This document shows positions 1 through 13,310 of a stretch of DNA of 64,000 nt, in pieces. Position 1 is the stretch's first letter. Every line of letters begins with the position of its first letter. Made by a program: the position numbers and the translations under genes. Origin of the DNA: Balanoglossus misakiensis (Eukaryota; Animalia; Hemichordata); NCBI GenBank assembly GCA_040954595.2, contig CM082587.2, positions 8,251,403 to 8,315,402 of the forward strand, given 5' to 3'. Below the pieces are notes generated by a model. The model was not told the DNA's origin. It saw nothing but the letters and a program-made list of their open reading frames with translations, and searched no databases.

Positions 1-2967
1 CTGTGACTGACAAATCAATTCATCAAAATATATAAATTTGGGAGATTTATTTTTACAAGCAGAATCTAATCTTTTGTAATCAAGTTTGTTATCAGCAGAT
101 TCAATCTTGAATTGTGGATTTTCAGTCGAATATAAAACCTGCTCCAGCAAAAAAAACGAGCAATGCTGCAGTCACTGATTGTGAAGTGGCCAATGAAAGC
201 ACATAATCACCATTACCACAAGTGTATTACACATTGGATCCATAAAATTTGGCTATAGTATGACTGTCATAAAATGATCATCAACCACCCGAGGTGATAC
301 TGCCATCAATCAGAGAAGCAACATGCAGTCTACGTAAAACATGGCGTCTGCTGTGAAATCAACTGTTGTAATCACATCATAATGTCTGAGTTACTGAAGA
401 ATTAACACATTCAGCAAATCCAGCGAATATTTCCGCAAATCACACAAATTTAATACTAGAATTACTTCGAAAAGCAGCATGTGATTTTAAAAATCCTAGG
501 CCACACAACACAACACAACACACCACACCACACCACAGCGGAAGACATTATATTTTATGTTACAGTATATTTGTCAACGTTTGCCTGAATTTTCAAACTC
601 ACAATTTGCCAGAATCTATTTCAGCAACAAATAATCCTGGAGCAACGCTATTAATAGATAATCATATGATGAATACTGGTACATTCCTGCAATACATACA
701 ATGCACGCATACATGCATGCACGTGTGCACACGCACACACACACATTTTACAGCTTTATATAATACAAAAAACATCTTCCTTTGCCATGGCCATATGTAT
801 ACATGGCAAATGGGAGCTAATAAAATGTTGACTACGACAGTGATCAAATGTAAAAATGACTGGTACCACATTTAGGGCAGGGTTACCTCACTCTTTTTGG
901 AAACATCTGGCATTACATCTGTATGTCTAGGCAGTACATATTACCATCTATACATCCACAAATCATTGTTCGAAAAAGTATTAAAACATGGTGTTTTGTC
1001 TTATACATAAACCTGCAGTGTTTGTTATTTGAATACAATATTTTAATATTATGACTTAAAATTGGTTCACCTAGTATTTTTTTCGTATCATATAGACTGC
1101 CACAACAGATAAATTGTGGTGTATTTTTGTGGGCACGAATTCTTATACACGTATACTACAAGACTGTAAATAATACTTGTTGTCAAAGCACATTTAACTG
1201 GGTCCGGGATTCTGAAATAAGTGCACACAGTATACATTTGATCATCAATCAAATAAGCTAACATTCATACATTATGAGCTAAGTGTTGACCTGGCACTAA
1301 AATCCAGGTAGGATAAAACTTATGAATATATATAATGTTATTTTCAAAATGAATTTCTAATATCATAAATTGTTTGTTTTATTATTCCTTTCCTCGATAC
1401 ACATTGTAATAAATTTGGAATTCATACATGTATACACAAATGGTGTAGTATGTTATCGATATTTGCAGATGGTGTACGGTTTAATACTGAACAATGTCAT
1501 TTGTTACAATGCATTTGATTACATCTAGTATTTCAGCAATGTCTTATATTAAATCTAAAATCTTTCTCAAGCTTTGTTCAACATTTTGCCAACATAAATT
1601 CTGATTGATATTGGTCTTATTGCAATATAGATTTTAATGTAGTACTGAACCGTTTGATATTTTTGTTTGAAATTTCTGGACGAAAAATATTTCAAGCTAT
1701 TTTAGGTATGAGATGATATCGCTGTATTACCTTACTCTTCATTTGGAAAATCTGCAGAAGTTGGTTAGTATTATGCAAAGGCAGAATTCAAATCTGGTGT
1801 CTGATGTCATCAATCAGATTTTCTTTCTGTAATAGATGTCTTGTTCAATTCAACCAACAATAATGTATAAACAGGTAAAACTACCAAAAGCATGATTGAT
1901 GCTGTCCCACGTAATGATGTTGATTCATCTTTACACAATTGTCCAGAATGATGCAAATGGAGAATGTTTTATAGTAACAAAAATAGCACTGCCAAATATG
2001 TAACATGTTGATGATTCAAAGCAAAGGAAGGCATAATGGAAAAGGCAAAAAAATGTCAAATTCTAGGCTGTGCATTGCGTTTGATGCATGCAAATCTAGA
2101 AAACATTAATAACAGAAATGACGCTGCAATTGACAGCCAATACCAATTTGCATTCACGTGATTGGTTCACAGTGTGACGTTATGGTTTTTGGGCTGCGAC
2201 AATCTTACTGAAGAAATTTGCATGCAAATAGCAGAGCAGACTTGGAAAAGGACATCAGGGCTCCGAGGAAAGATGAAAGGCAAACTACGACTGATGAGAA
2301 TTTACAGCCCGAGGCCAGGTCTTAGCAGCTAATCAGCCCAGAAGTTGAATCCCTATGAAAGACTCCTAGGGATAGCTACAACCCATGCATAACCTCGCGT
2401 GCTGACTTAATTACCTATCGCCACAGAATTTGCGCGGCTATTATTGGCGAACAGTCACTATGTTTACGTACAACACCAGTAGTTAGCTAACAGAGTGCTG
2501 TGCAGATAATTCTGGATATATTTTACGACTTTCTAATCTAATTTGTTGTTCGCAGCCTGAATGAATACTCAGTGACACAATGTTTGAACTATTTTTCTCC
2601 TTTTTTTTTGAAGCTGATCAAATTTGAGTAATTCTACTTTAAACGGCAACAATGCAAAATGGTGCAAAAATAATAATGTTGTATATATTGCACACACACT
2701 TTATCATTCATACAGGCTGTCCTATTATGTGGATGTAGTGGTCCAAACAATACATGTACCTCATCATGTTGCAAGGGACATTAGCTGTAACTTTTGGCTT
2801 TATTTTCAGTATTTTTGGTCAGTGTGTCAAATGCAATGTCAATTTGTAAGTGTGACATTATTGATAAGACAGTTTTCAAAATACCTTTGTATATACGAAA
2901 AATTTCATTTTGTACAGAAGTATACATGACATACATGTCAGTTCAATGCATTTCATAAATGATAATA

Positions 2968-3145
2968 CAGTCAAACCTGTCTAAACCAAATGCCAAAGGG
3001 ACTGAAGAAATTGTTCGGTGTACAGAGGTGTCCGGTTCATAGAGGTTCTTTTAACATGTGCTTCTATGTCAAAAGGGACAGGAAAATGTGTTTGGTATAG
3101 ACAGGTTTCCAGATTAGACAGGGTTTGTTTTAGATAGGTTTACTG
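2968..3145. mobile_element. pogo/Tigger-like MITE (Tc1/mariner superfamily), non-autonomous
   Basis: TA-CAGTCAAACCTGTCTAAA ... TTTAGATAGGTTTACTG-TA: imperfect terminal inverted repeats (TIRs) with CAGT/ACTG ends and TA on both sides; no ORF. Confidence 0.7.
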
Positions 3146-3947
3146 TAATTGTGAATTTTGTCAATGATATACATGATGCCAACAGTAGAACTACAATCCA
3201 TGAATCAAAGAGCCATGTGATTTCCTCATCTTTATTAATTGACTCAGTGAGTTGTACAGGGCATTAGTCAGTGCACGGCAAGTTCATTAACCATGGATGG
3301 GTGCGTCCACCATTGCATGGGCCTTCATTAACTTTCTACAATTTCATATTAAATGTTTGATAAGAATCTGGTACACATCAAAGATAGATTACGTGTGCAT
3401 CATTTGGGACTTCGGGGTTGTCTGGGTAAATACTGCTATGGTCTTTGAAACTCTCATTGCAATCAGATTGAAAAATCCGAAACTAAAAGCACATTTTAAA
3501 TAAAATTGATCACTATTTCTGAGAGGGTGGTTCATCCTAGTAACATGTGTTGATGACAACATTCATTGTTCCATAGTTGAGAAAACAACCTGATATTTTC
3601 CTCTATGTATGATTCTAAACTATTGTGGAGAGAACAACAGTGTAACGTCTAATAAGAATTCAGTACATGATTCCATCTGCGTACACAGAAATGATTGTTA
3701 CTGTTTAATTAGAAACTCTAAACTACTGATTCAAAATATGAATAAAATTAAATTATAATCAAAATTAAACAAAGCAGAAACAATTCCCTCTTAAAGCCCC
3801 AGTAATTCTAGCTTTCAGCTATTTTCTCTTTCAATACAGCCCTTTTGTAGAAATCGGTATTGTAAAATTGAATTGATTTGTCAGAAATAACAATGGTGGT
3901 TACTCCCATAAGGCTTTGTTGAGAAGCTGAAGTTAAGCTATCCAGAA

Positions 3948-4043
3948 TACTGTAAAACGGGTTATTTTCGCAACAGGAAATTTTTCGCGATATCAAGAAA
4001 GGCAACTGTCATTATTTCCCCGAAAATAACCCGTTTTACAGTA
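3948..4043. mobile_element. MITE family A (TA-CTGTAAAAC...GTTTTACAG-TA), internally deleted copy
   Basis: TIR CTGTAAAACGGGTTATTTTCG / CGAAAATAACCCGTTTTACAG with TA flanks; same ends as the copies at 31328 and 58615. Confidence 0.8.
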
Positions 4044-5278
4044 TAACAAGATTAACCCCATCTGAGTGATATATGGGAGAACAATACTGAAAGAAATAGG
4101 CAAAAGTTAGAGTTACTAGGCCTTTAGCTTGCAAAACAATAGAGTATACCACACTTGCTATCCTTTTTTGGAAATTCTGTAGAACAGCGCCCTCAAAGAT
4201 TACAAATTATTACAATTACAAAATTCACTGGTGGCTTGGCTTCTATAAAAATTTCAAATGAACATATATTTAAGGATAATAATAAAATCAAGTTGTATGA
4301 GGAATTTAAGTCACAAACATCTTTGATTTTTTTATTAAGGTCATGAGTACATAAAGAAATTTTTTAAATGTAAAAATCAGCATATGTCATGGAAAGACAC
4401 AACGCAAACAAACAAACAGCCAGTCAGATTGAGGCTTGCTTTAACAGCATTAGTCTCCTGTCTTTCAAAGTTTTGAATTCAAAATGGCAGTCTAGCTCAG
4501 GAGGCCAAATTGAATCATTGATTGTCTCCTACAGTCAGAGTGCAATCATCCTTTATATATTTTTTAATGATCAGAATGTATGGTATAATAAATGGATGAG
4601 TTAAGACCCCTTTCAGACACAAAATGAAAGAAGAGATCCAAACATGTAGACAGCAAATGGTCATGAATTGAAACACTGTAATATAGACTGAGGGCATACC
4701 ATGGTAGCATTCATTTCGTACTTATTAGATAGGTCATGAAAACCATTCACCAGTCTTCCAGCCAGTAGACATTTCAAGGCTTCAATCAAATCAGTTTCCT
4801 GGAAAAGCTGTAGGCTATTTTCTGACAAACAAGTATTTAGCCTTGAATTTAAAAAAAACTGTCACAATGAAGAAGTTCTAATCTAAGAACAAGACGACAT
4901 GAACCTGGGCTGCTGTATATTGATATTCATTTCATTAATCAATTGTCAGCACAAACCTATATTTTCATCAAGTCCATTGAACAGTTCTAAAATGTACTTG
5001 CGTTCAGATTGATCACTCTATTTTAGATTCAATATTGCCTCTTGCAAACACATCTGTTGACTACATCACATTTTCATTGAAACCAAACTGCATGTTTTTT
5101 GCTCTTGGCTTGCCATTTATGAAAACTAAGCCCCATTCATCATTCTTTGTTATATCTGGCACCCATCTTTGTATAACACAAATAAGCAATATTGCTCAAA
5201 TTGAAATTTGCCTATTATAGTTCCCCACAAATTTTTGACCCCTCACGTACCTGGCCTATCAAACACTATTGGGTAGGG

Positions 5279-5298
5279 ACACACACACACACACACAC
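5279..5298. repeat. (CA)n microsatellite
   Basis: Run of acacacacacacacacac seen directly. Confidence 0.85.
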
Positions 5299-6081
5299 TG
5301 TGAAAATACAGGTCCATTAGTGTGCCTTTTCCACACATTGTCGAACAACCCCTATGATTTTCTTAACATGAAATTGTGCCCTGGGTTCAAATCCCATGCA
5401 ATAAAACTCAGTTTTCTATCAAACTGATAACACTTGGCGGTACCATTAAAATGTGCCATCTCTATAGCAACACAAAATCGGCAAGATCTTATCTTCTAGT
5501 GTATATATATACTTGCTCAAAAGTGGAAGGAAATTGTTAAAGGCAGCCAAGCATTTACCGTTGCAACGGATTTGAGGATAAAATGCACTTGGATAAGCCA
5601 ACACTCCAAAAGGACACAAACTTGCCAATAGCACTGTGTAGTAACCGTTTCTATAGCAACTGATGGACTGCACAATCTTATCAAGATGCTGTACTTTGCA
5701 ATTACAATTAGAGGAGGTAATGATATATCTTGTTAGCTGGTTGGATGATGTCATTTAGATACAATTACAAACAGATGCAAAAGTATAATCATTTCCACAT
5801 AAGACAAAAAGTATAATAAATATAAAATTACAATTTTCAGAGTATATGTATATTGGAATTTAACAAAAGCTAATTCACCATAAATTTTATCATTTTTTAG
5901 ATCTTCAAAATGTTTCCAAAATCAAAGACAGACAGTAAACTACATCAACTTCTACTCAAATAACCGTTGTTACAAGAGCTTTGTCTGCCAGTGAAGCATC
6001 TGGGAATGACACGTAATATCAACTTATGACATACAACTGACATGTACAATATTTTACCCAATGGATTTCCTATACTTTATT

Positions 6082-6492
6082 TTATAATATACCTCATGCT
6101 AATACTGTGCCGTGATTCGCCAGAATCCGTCAGGTGATAGGAAAATAGAATCGACTATGAACCGCTAGGGAAATAGCAGAAAAAAATATAAACCGGTCAC
6201 GTGACCAGCGTGAGTGCGCAGACTTGGTCATGTCAATCAGTGTCGCGTCGTCTGACACAATGGCCACCGCGGAAGATGTCGTCTGCCAACCTCAAGAGAA
6301 AACTGCAAGATTTTCCCAGCTGTTAGCATGAGGTTTATTATAAAACACCTATAGCCTGGCCTATATTCGGGCCATAGCAGCCGTTTTTACCCCCTCGTGA
6401 CTGTGAGTTACCAGAATCATATGCTATCTCACAGCCCCTCGGGTGTAATAAACGGCCGCTATGCCCTCATGGCCAGGCAATAGGTGTTCAAT
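6082..6492. mobile_element. Modular palindromic repeat (family D, modules A+B); probable non-autonomous DNA transposon
   Basis: Highly similar to 49132-49490. Module A is bounded by TTATAATATACCTCATGCTAA / TTAGCATGAGGTTTATTATAA. Module B is an imperfect palindrome (ACACCTATAGCCTGGCC ... GGCCAGGCAATAGGTGT). Confidence 0.75.
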
Positions 6493-6815
6493 AGTACATG
6501 TTAACCAATTTAATTTATGACACAAATATGCTGAGAGCTGTGGGCATGCTCAAAAACTGGACTCCTTTCAACACCGTAATTAACTTGTCATCATTTTGCA
6601 CATAACTGACCTCATAAATTTCAGTTTTGCGATTGTTTTATTTCAATAATCTTGATTAGGAATTGCAGACAATGGAAAATTATGTCTACTTGGATAAGAA
6701 TTAAGGGTAAAATAGTGTAATATAGATAGTTAAAATTTAGTGTAAAAACCACAGAAGGAAATCCTGAATACAATATTGGCAACGGACAAGATAAGGTTTA
6801 TCTTCACACACTTAA

Positions 6816-7254
6816 ACCCCGGTGCGGGGTATAAAAGGCCCCCAAATCAGTGGCGAATCTTAATGCCGTTTGACTGACAACAGACAACACCAACCATCTT
6901 GGCTCTATGAAAATCGGCCCAAACAGGTCCAAGCATAAAGAATTACACCACACAACGACAGTAGTTGGCTTTATAAACACACACAACATAAAGTTATCGA
7001 CGAAAAAGTACACGAGCTTTTGAAACAACGATGATTTTGGGAGAAATCTGGTTTCAGTGCTTTTCAGAAGCGTCCCTGGGAAACAATAACCACGCCATTC
7101 AAACAGTTGTCAATCGCGTAGAGGTGTAAAGTGTTCAATTATTTTCTGTGTACATGAGATCAATTACACAGTCGTTATGCACGACTACCACTCCCAAATA
7201 AACATCTATACAAACACACCTTAATCCGAATTCCTGGCCTTTCCGCACCGGGGT
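6816..7254. mobile_element. TTAA-flanked non-autonomous DNA transposon (piggyBac/Kolobok-like)
   Basis: TTAA-ACCCCGGTGCGG ... CCGCACCGGGGT-TTAA: perfect 12-bp TIR with TTAA on both sides; interior richer in CpG than the flanks. Confidence 0.75.
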
Positions 7255-7681
7255 TTAACACTAGAAGTCTTGCAAATCCCAAATTCAAATTTTCTCAGAA
7301 TGAGTAACTATCTTCAAGCAGTGAGTTTGTCCATTGATATAACACAATCAACAGCTGCCTTGCTATCTATTTTGAATGAAATACACACATTCAATAACAC
7401 TTCTGAGATTTACAGAATATTTCATCCTGATACATTCAAACTAGATTCATTCTTAAGTGTATACGGCACAAAAGTACCAAAGCCTACAGAATCTGAATTC
7501 TTTGATTCTTTCTAGGTCAAGATAACACTGAATACATTTCAATCCACACACATAAAACATTGCTAATACTATATCAAACAGAAACTAAAGGTGGCATAAA
7601 ACGTGACTTGTATTTGATCACGAATCACCAATCAGTCAGTGGAGGCTTTCATAACAGGTAATGTGAGTGTTATTTAGGAAT

Positions 7682-7894
7682 TACTGTAAAACAGGAAATG
7701 TTCGCGAACGATAAATTTTCGCAAACTACACGAGACCCAAAAAAAACCTGCGAAAATAAAAAAAGTCGTGTGAAAAAGTTTTCTGGAGATAATAATGCAG
7801 TGAAATACGAGAATGCCAAAGAAATCGTTGCATAACAGTTGTCTCTTTCGATATCACGAAAATTCCTGTCGCCAAAATTTCCCGTTTTACAGTA
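7682..7894. mobile_element. MITE family A copy
   Basis: TACTGTAAAACAGGAAAT ... ATTTCCCGTTTTACAGTA; interior is the reverse complement of the 31328 copy. Confidence 0.8.
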
Positions 7895-8375
7895 CTTTCC
7901 CAAAACTTGAAATGTGGATCAAGATATTATCTCACTTGGCGTATTTATTTTTCTGATGATGTGAAAGAATGCTAGAAACAATAGGGCCCGGAATGCAAGA
8001 GTGTTCTGAATGATAGTTCACGTCATGCTAATTTTCATGTTTATTGGTAGTGAATCAAGTATTTTAAAGAGTTATTCACAAAGTACAGTCATGTATGGAT
8101 GATGGCTCTCTGCGTGGTGTAGTGGATGAGCTGAGACTGTTTTAGTGTGTGACATTTTTATTACAAATTTTCCCTCATTAAATTTCATACTACACCATTT
8201 TATGGTAAATTTTGAGGAGCATAAAAGCTGTCCATCACGAGCATCCAGCCATGAATAGAACATTTCAGTCACTCAGTATGCACGCACACACACACATGAA
8301 ACTGTCAGTCTGTCATATTGCAACTCTGTCTTCTGTACAAATTTGCAAATAAATTGAATGATAGAATGCCGTACA

Positions 8376-8575
8376 TTAAAGGGACAAAGTGTCTCTCTCT
8401 CGCTACCCTTTTCCCTATGTTTGATACAAGACATCATTTATGTTATTCTTCATGTGGATATGTAGTGAATCAATGTTCAACCACACACAACTTCCATCCC
8501 GCTTGTATGATATGGGAGTAAAAACTCGCCCAAAATGAATAAATGGTAGAGACCGAGTATTCATTTTGTCGAGAT
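8376..8575 (+). mobile_element. Repeat family G, TTAA-AGGGACAAAG-started fragment (Kolobok-like end)
   Basis: Similar over about 200 bp to 60568-60765; begins TTAAAGGGACAAAGT; no matching right TIR seen. Confidence 0.6.
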
Positions 8576-8835
8576 TTTCATCATTTGTGCTCATATCCCT
8601 GGGCCAATTTACCTGGGTGCTCTAAGAATTAACTTGATGGCCATGTATTGTCTGCCTGTTTCAAGATGGGCAAGTCACAGTAAACCATATCCTTGGTTTT
8701 GTTGAAACAGCATCTGGGAAAGTGGTCAGTTCCTTGATTTTCGGAAATTACTGGGAGAGTGTGACTACTAGTAATGGCTCACAGACTGCTCATGTTAGCC
8801 ACATTGAACCACATTGCCAAATCACTCACAGTCAA

Positions 8836-9014
8836 TACTGTAAAACGGGAATTGTTTGCGACAGGAAATTTTCGCGATATCAACTGAGAGGACTATAACG
8901 TGACAATTAATTTTTGCGTGTTGTATTCTTTTTGCGATTATTCTTCATCATGTTTCTGGCTCTCGCGAAGTATGCGAAAATTTATCGTTCGCGAAATTTT
9001 CCCGTTTTACAGTA
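8836..9014. mobile_element. MITE family A copy
   Basis: TACTGTAAAACGGGAA ... TTCCCGTTTTACAGTA. Confidence 0.8.
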
Positions 9015-9801
9015 TGTCAGTCATCATGCTCCTCGTCAGTTTGGAAAAGAGTTCAGTTCAGACTTTTGACATTCCTTCCTCGATGTGAAACAAGAACAAA
9101 AATTAGCCAATCATGCCAGTCATCTGCGCAAAATGCTTTCGATGGACGTCAGTCGCAAATTGTAAATTGCTTTGATGCGTAACAAATGCATTTCACCAAG
9201 TGGAGGTTGTGGGTAACAGTAAGAGCTATATTTACGTTGCATGTCAATTTTGAAGTAATGAAGTTAATGTATGCTGTATTAAAGTAAAACCTCAATTTAA
9301 TAATAGCTTTTAAAAGGCCAAAGAGCCACAACTAAAACACCTGCCATTATTTCAAGTAATGCCATATATCATTTTGGTTGCCTTATTGACAGAGTGAAGA
9401 TTCTAAAATAACCCAATGCATTCAAATCATTGATTTATTGTAAAAGTATAAAGTTGAAAGAAAAGGATGTTTTTTGTTTTATTTTTAACCTTAAAGTTGA
9501 GAGACAGTAAGTTGATGTTCATTGTCAGGGTTGTCAGCAATCTATCTGTTAAAGAAGTAGTCACAGTCAATAGGCTTCCAGGAGAGACATCTCTACAAAT
9601 GCACCAACTTCTGCCAATGTTTCAACATGTATGGTGCTGTGGGGGTTTGGGATATTTTGAAAGAGAACATACAGTAGACGTTTTTATTTTGAATGCGGGT
9701 GTGCCCATCATTATGAAAGCTGCCTTAGTACCGTGTTCATTTTATTTCCAGAAGACCGAAAACATCAAACCATTTCATGCCCCTTTCCCTATCAATGCAT
9801 A

Positions 9802-10741
9802 CCGTATATTCTCACAAATAAGCGCCACCCTTGATTAGGCGCCAGTGATACCTGACTTTGCTACTTTTTACTTAAAATTAAGCGCCAGGAATTTTTTTTT
9901 TGAGGTGTGGACGTACGTGAATCATGGCAAGTACTACCGGGGTAACACCTGTTTAGAGGTCTTGTCAAAATCAACAGGGGCTTGCTGCGTGAATAATAAT
10001 TGACCTGAGCAGACAATGCATGCTTTGGGCTGATGTGCTATTTATTTACATGATGAAATCGGGCACATGTCAACCTCCTAATTTATGTAAATTATTATTC
10101 ACTGCAAAAGACACAGGTGCCGGGCGTCTAGACACTCGTCTTTTTCCTGTCGATCGATCGGCAGCCGCTTACGTTACCGGCACTACCACCCAAGTTTGAC
10201 CATATGGCCAGGGCTTTGAAATAATAGGACTAGTTTCAAGTTGTGAATGTTTGCGGTATTAATTTTCTCATGAATATTCACGCAACGTGAGTATTCACAC
10301 AACCTTGCCTGACCTTACATGTGTGAGAGCATGACAAAGACGCACTTGGACTAAACCACTATACGTCAGTAGATTTTGTTGATGGTTCAGCCAGCATACT
10401 GTAATGCTGCTCGTAGTATTCACTTCGTTGACAACTTTTTATTTCTGGAATATTTATTAGACAATACATTGAACTGACTGTATTCGAATAGAAAATGTTA
10501 AAACTTTACATATGAATTCGAAACAGCCATTCATTCATTGCGGACACCCCCTTACGAGAACACTGATTGGAACGTCCCAAATCATTTGCATATGAATCAA
10601 CAGGGTACAGTACAGTACATGTATACAGGGCGACCATGAATAAGCGCCACCGATTCTTGAAAGACTCATTTTTGCCTTTGTTTAGGCGCCACCAAAATTT
10701 GAAATGGTTAAAAAGTGGCGCTTATTTGTGAGAATATACGG
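9802..10741. mobile_element. Tc2/pogo-like non-autonomous DNA transposon (940 bp)
   Basis: Perfect 27-bp TIR CCGTATATTCTCACAAATAAGCGCCAC with a TA target-site duplication (TSD) on both sides and subterminal A(A/G)GCGCCA repeats. The CCGTATATTCTC terminus matches C. elegans Tc2 as recalled. No transposase ORF. Confidence 0.85.
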
Positions 10742-12923
10742 TACTTCATTACCACGGAACAAAATTCATAGGATTGAAGAAACTGCTAAAGGGTTGAATT
10801 AAATATTAAAAACTGCCCACACAGAATATTTACGTAGAGTTCATTATACTGCATTGATTAATGTGAAAAAAGGGCAAAAGGCTACAGGTATGAGTGACAC
10901 ATGCTGTTACAATGTCATATAATGTTGGGTGATATTTTGTTTGAATGTAATTTTTGGATTTGTCTGGTAGGTAACTGAGTACCTTTATGTGATACAGTGA
11001 TAAAAAATAGATGCCCAGATAATGGACAAACACCCCCCTCCCCCACCCTCGAGGCAGACAGGTATTTGTTGCCACAGATGGACTGGCTAACCTTCTACTA
11101 GGGTGACCCTAGATAGTACACTGTGAATACGTGAAAAACTAACTTAGTGGGGCTTTTTTCATTACATTTATACAGGTAATCAGTATCACGCTTGTTGAAA
11201 AAGTGGAATATCAACATTTTGGATCATTTTAATACTGCTTATAAAATATATGTACTGCAGTCATAATGAGACATTATACTGTTGAAAGTGACGCAGCCAG
11301 TTCAAATCACGAATAAAAACTGTTCTGGCATAAGTAAATGCAACTTTAAACTTGATAGCTTCAGTCATTTCAACAAATAGGTAAATCATTAGCAATGGAG
11401 TGGTCAGTTCATGCAGGTTCGTGAAATATAAATTTTTAAAACTAAGCGTACTTCAGATGTCACACTGTGTTAATGAGAAGACACTGTGTCCAATTAATGC
11501 ATGTACGCCATCAATAGCGGACAGTGACCAGACAGGGGTAACTGTGTGCATGAATACATAGCCGAGTGTCACTGTAACACTCATCTATATTAATGCCTAA
11601 TTTCTTCTGAATGGTGATAAATGCTGATTGTCTTTTAACACCCCACTGATTGCTTGAAATGTGATTTGTTCATTACTAGTAGCAGTGGAAGTGTCTGTCT
11701 TATTTTCATTCGCATCTTCCAACATTTACATCTACTGAAAGGTAGTTAGGTAGATCTCTTTTCTCTATGCTCATGTTTATCTTGCTGTTGTGTTGTCACT
11801 GTGTTTATTTATAATAATACTTCACATTTTCAGTCACAAAATCCCGTCTTAATATCCCATATACATAATAGGAATAAACTCAAAGTCATGAGTTAAAGGG
11901 AAGGGGTCGTCACGCCGCGTGGGTGTCCCCTTTGAGGAGAATATATCCTCCCATACGAGAGCAAACCTCACTGCAGTCGCCACAACCTACTAGGATCTTC
12001 GGTTGCTGTCATGGCTGCTTCGTTCATTCTATAAGAATTATCTAATTTCAGGGATATGTGGATGAATTGTAATGTTAATAAACAAATAAACATGGCGGGA
12101 GTTCTAAAAACTATCCAGAAAATATTTCTATATAACTTTGAGTTATAGTAAAACTCATCTGTTAGCAGTTAAAAGTTGCCACAGAGGTTTTGACATCATT
12201 ATTTTGCATGGGATAGTTTGACCAATCATAATGCATAGTGCACAACAACACCTAGATTGACCAATCACACAGAATGATACATCACAACACCTACTGGCAT
12301 ATACCACTGTTCATCGCACCCATATAACACTGGATACGAGTCATGCCATTTTACTTCAGTCTCTAGAGTTTTAGCTCTGGCACTAGTATGTGTGATCTTA
12401 TACAAACCACAATCAATTCAAGCTTGATGACGCAGTAAAAGCAAGAGATTAATAGATTACTGCAGCCTGTACAGCATCAATCTGCAAATCACGTCGTTGC
12501 AACTAACTAAAATGATGGACTGACGATTTTTAGAGCCATAAAAAGTTGAAACTTGTCCTGTCAAACACTTCTGTCCAGCTGAAAGCAAGAAGCTGACTGG
12601 AATTTTACTTGTCTGTTGGTAACACCTCTGTATTAAGGATACTTTTGTGGCTCTCAAAGAAGTACTCAACCATTACATCATTTTATTCAACTCCTCATCC
12701 CTTTTCACAAAAGTAACCCTTGTACATGTACATTATACCTGAAGTACATAATTAATTTTGGGAAAGTTCTTGGTGTCCTTAAAATCACAGGTAAAAACAG
12801 ACTATGGCTTCAATATAGCTGTATCCCACAGTGCAATGGATTTCTAAATGTGGAATGCCCTGGCTACACTTGACATAGGATACAAGATAAAATATCCAGA
12901 AAAAGGCCCACACCGCCCACTGA

Positions 12924-13310
12924 TACAGCCGAAATTATGAAAGGTCGCCGATTCAATATGTGATCTAGACGTCCTGTGTGCACTGAACACACGATGTGTT
13001 TATCTAACACAAACAACAGAACCTCTCATAAAAGAGATGCGGTATCATTAGACTAATTACAGATGGTAGTCTGGAAACACGCTCCCCCTCAGAGAGAGTT
13101 GTTTACTTGGGTACACTCTCAACATAAAGCGTATACACTTTGAGATTAAACTTTGACATCGGTGTTACCATCTGTAATTAGTCTAATGATACCGCATCTC
13201 TTTTATGAGAGGTTCTGTTGTTTGTGTTAGATAAACACATCGTGTGTTCAGTGCACACAGGACGTCTAGATCACATATTGAATCGGCGACCTTTCATAAT
13301 TTCGGCTGTA
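12924..13310. mobile_element. Foldback element: 145-bp perfect inverted arms around a 97-bp spacer
   Basis: Arm 12924-13068 is the reverse complement of 13166-13310, with no mismatch seen; ends TA-CAGCCG...CGGCTG-TA (TA TSD-like). Confidence 0.85.

Noticed and set aside
1725-1760. Possible PLCL micro-exon on the - strand (cag|ATTTTCCAAATGAAGAGTAAG|gtaata)
   Set aside because: In the phase required after the 18452 donor it contains an in-frame TAA and has no PLCL similarity.
5375-5402. B-box-like GGTTCAAATCCC suggesting a tRNA or SINE
   Set aside because: No A-box or cloverleaf could be built; at most a SINE remnant.
11893-12050. TTAAAGGGAAGGGG Kolobok-like left end with a GC-rich interior
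   Set aside because: No matching right TIR or second copy found in the window.
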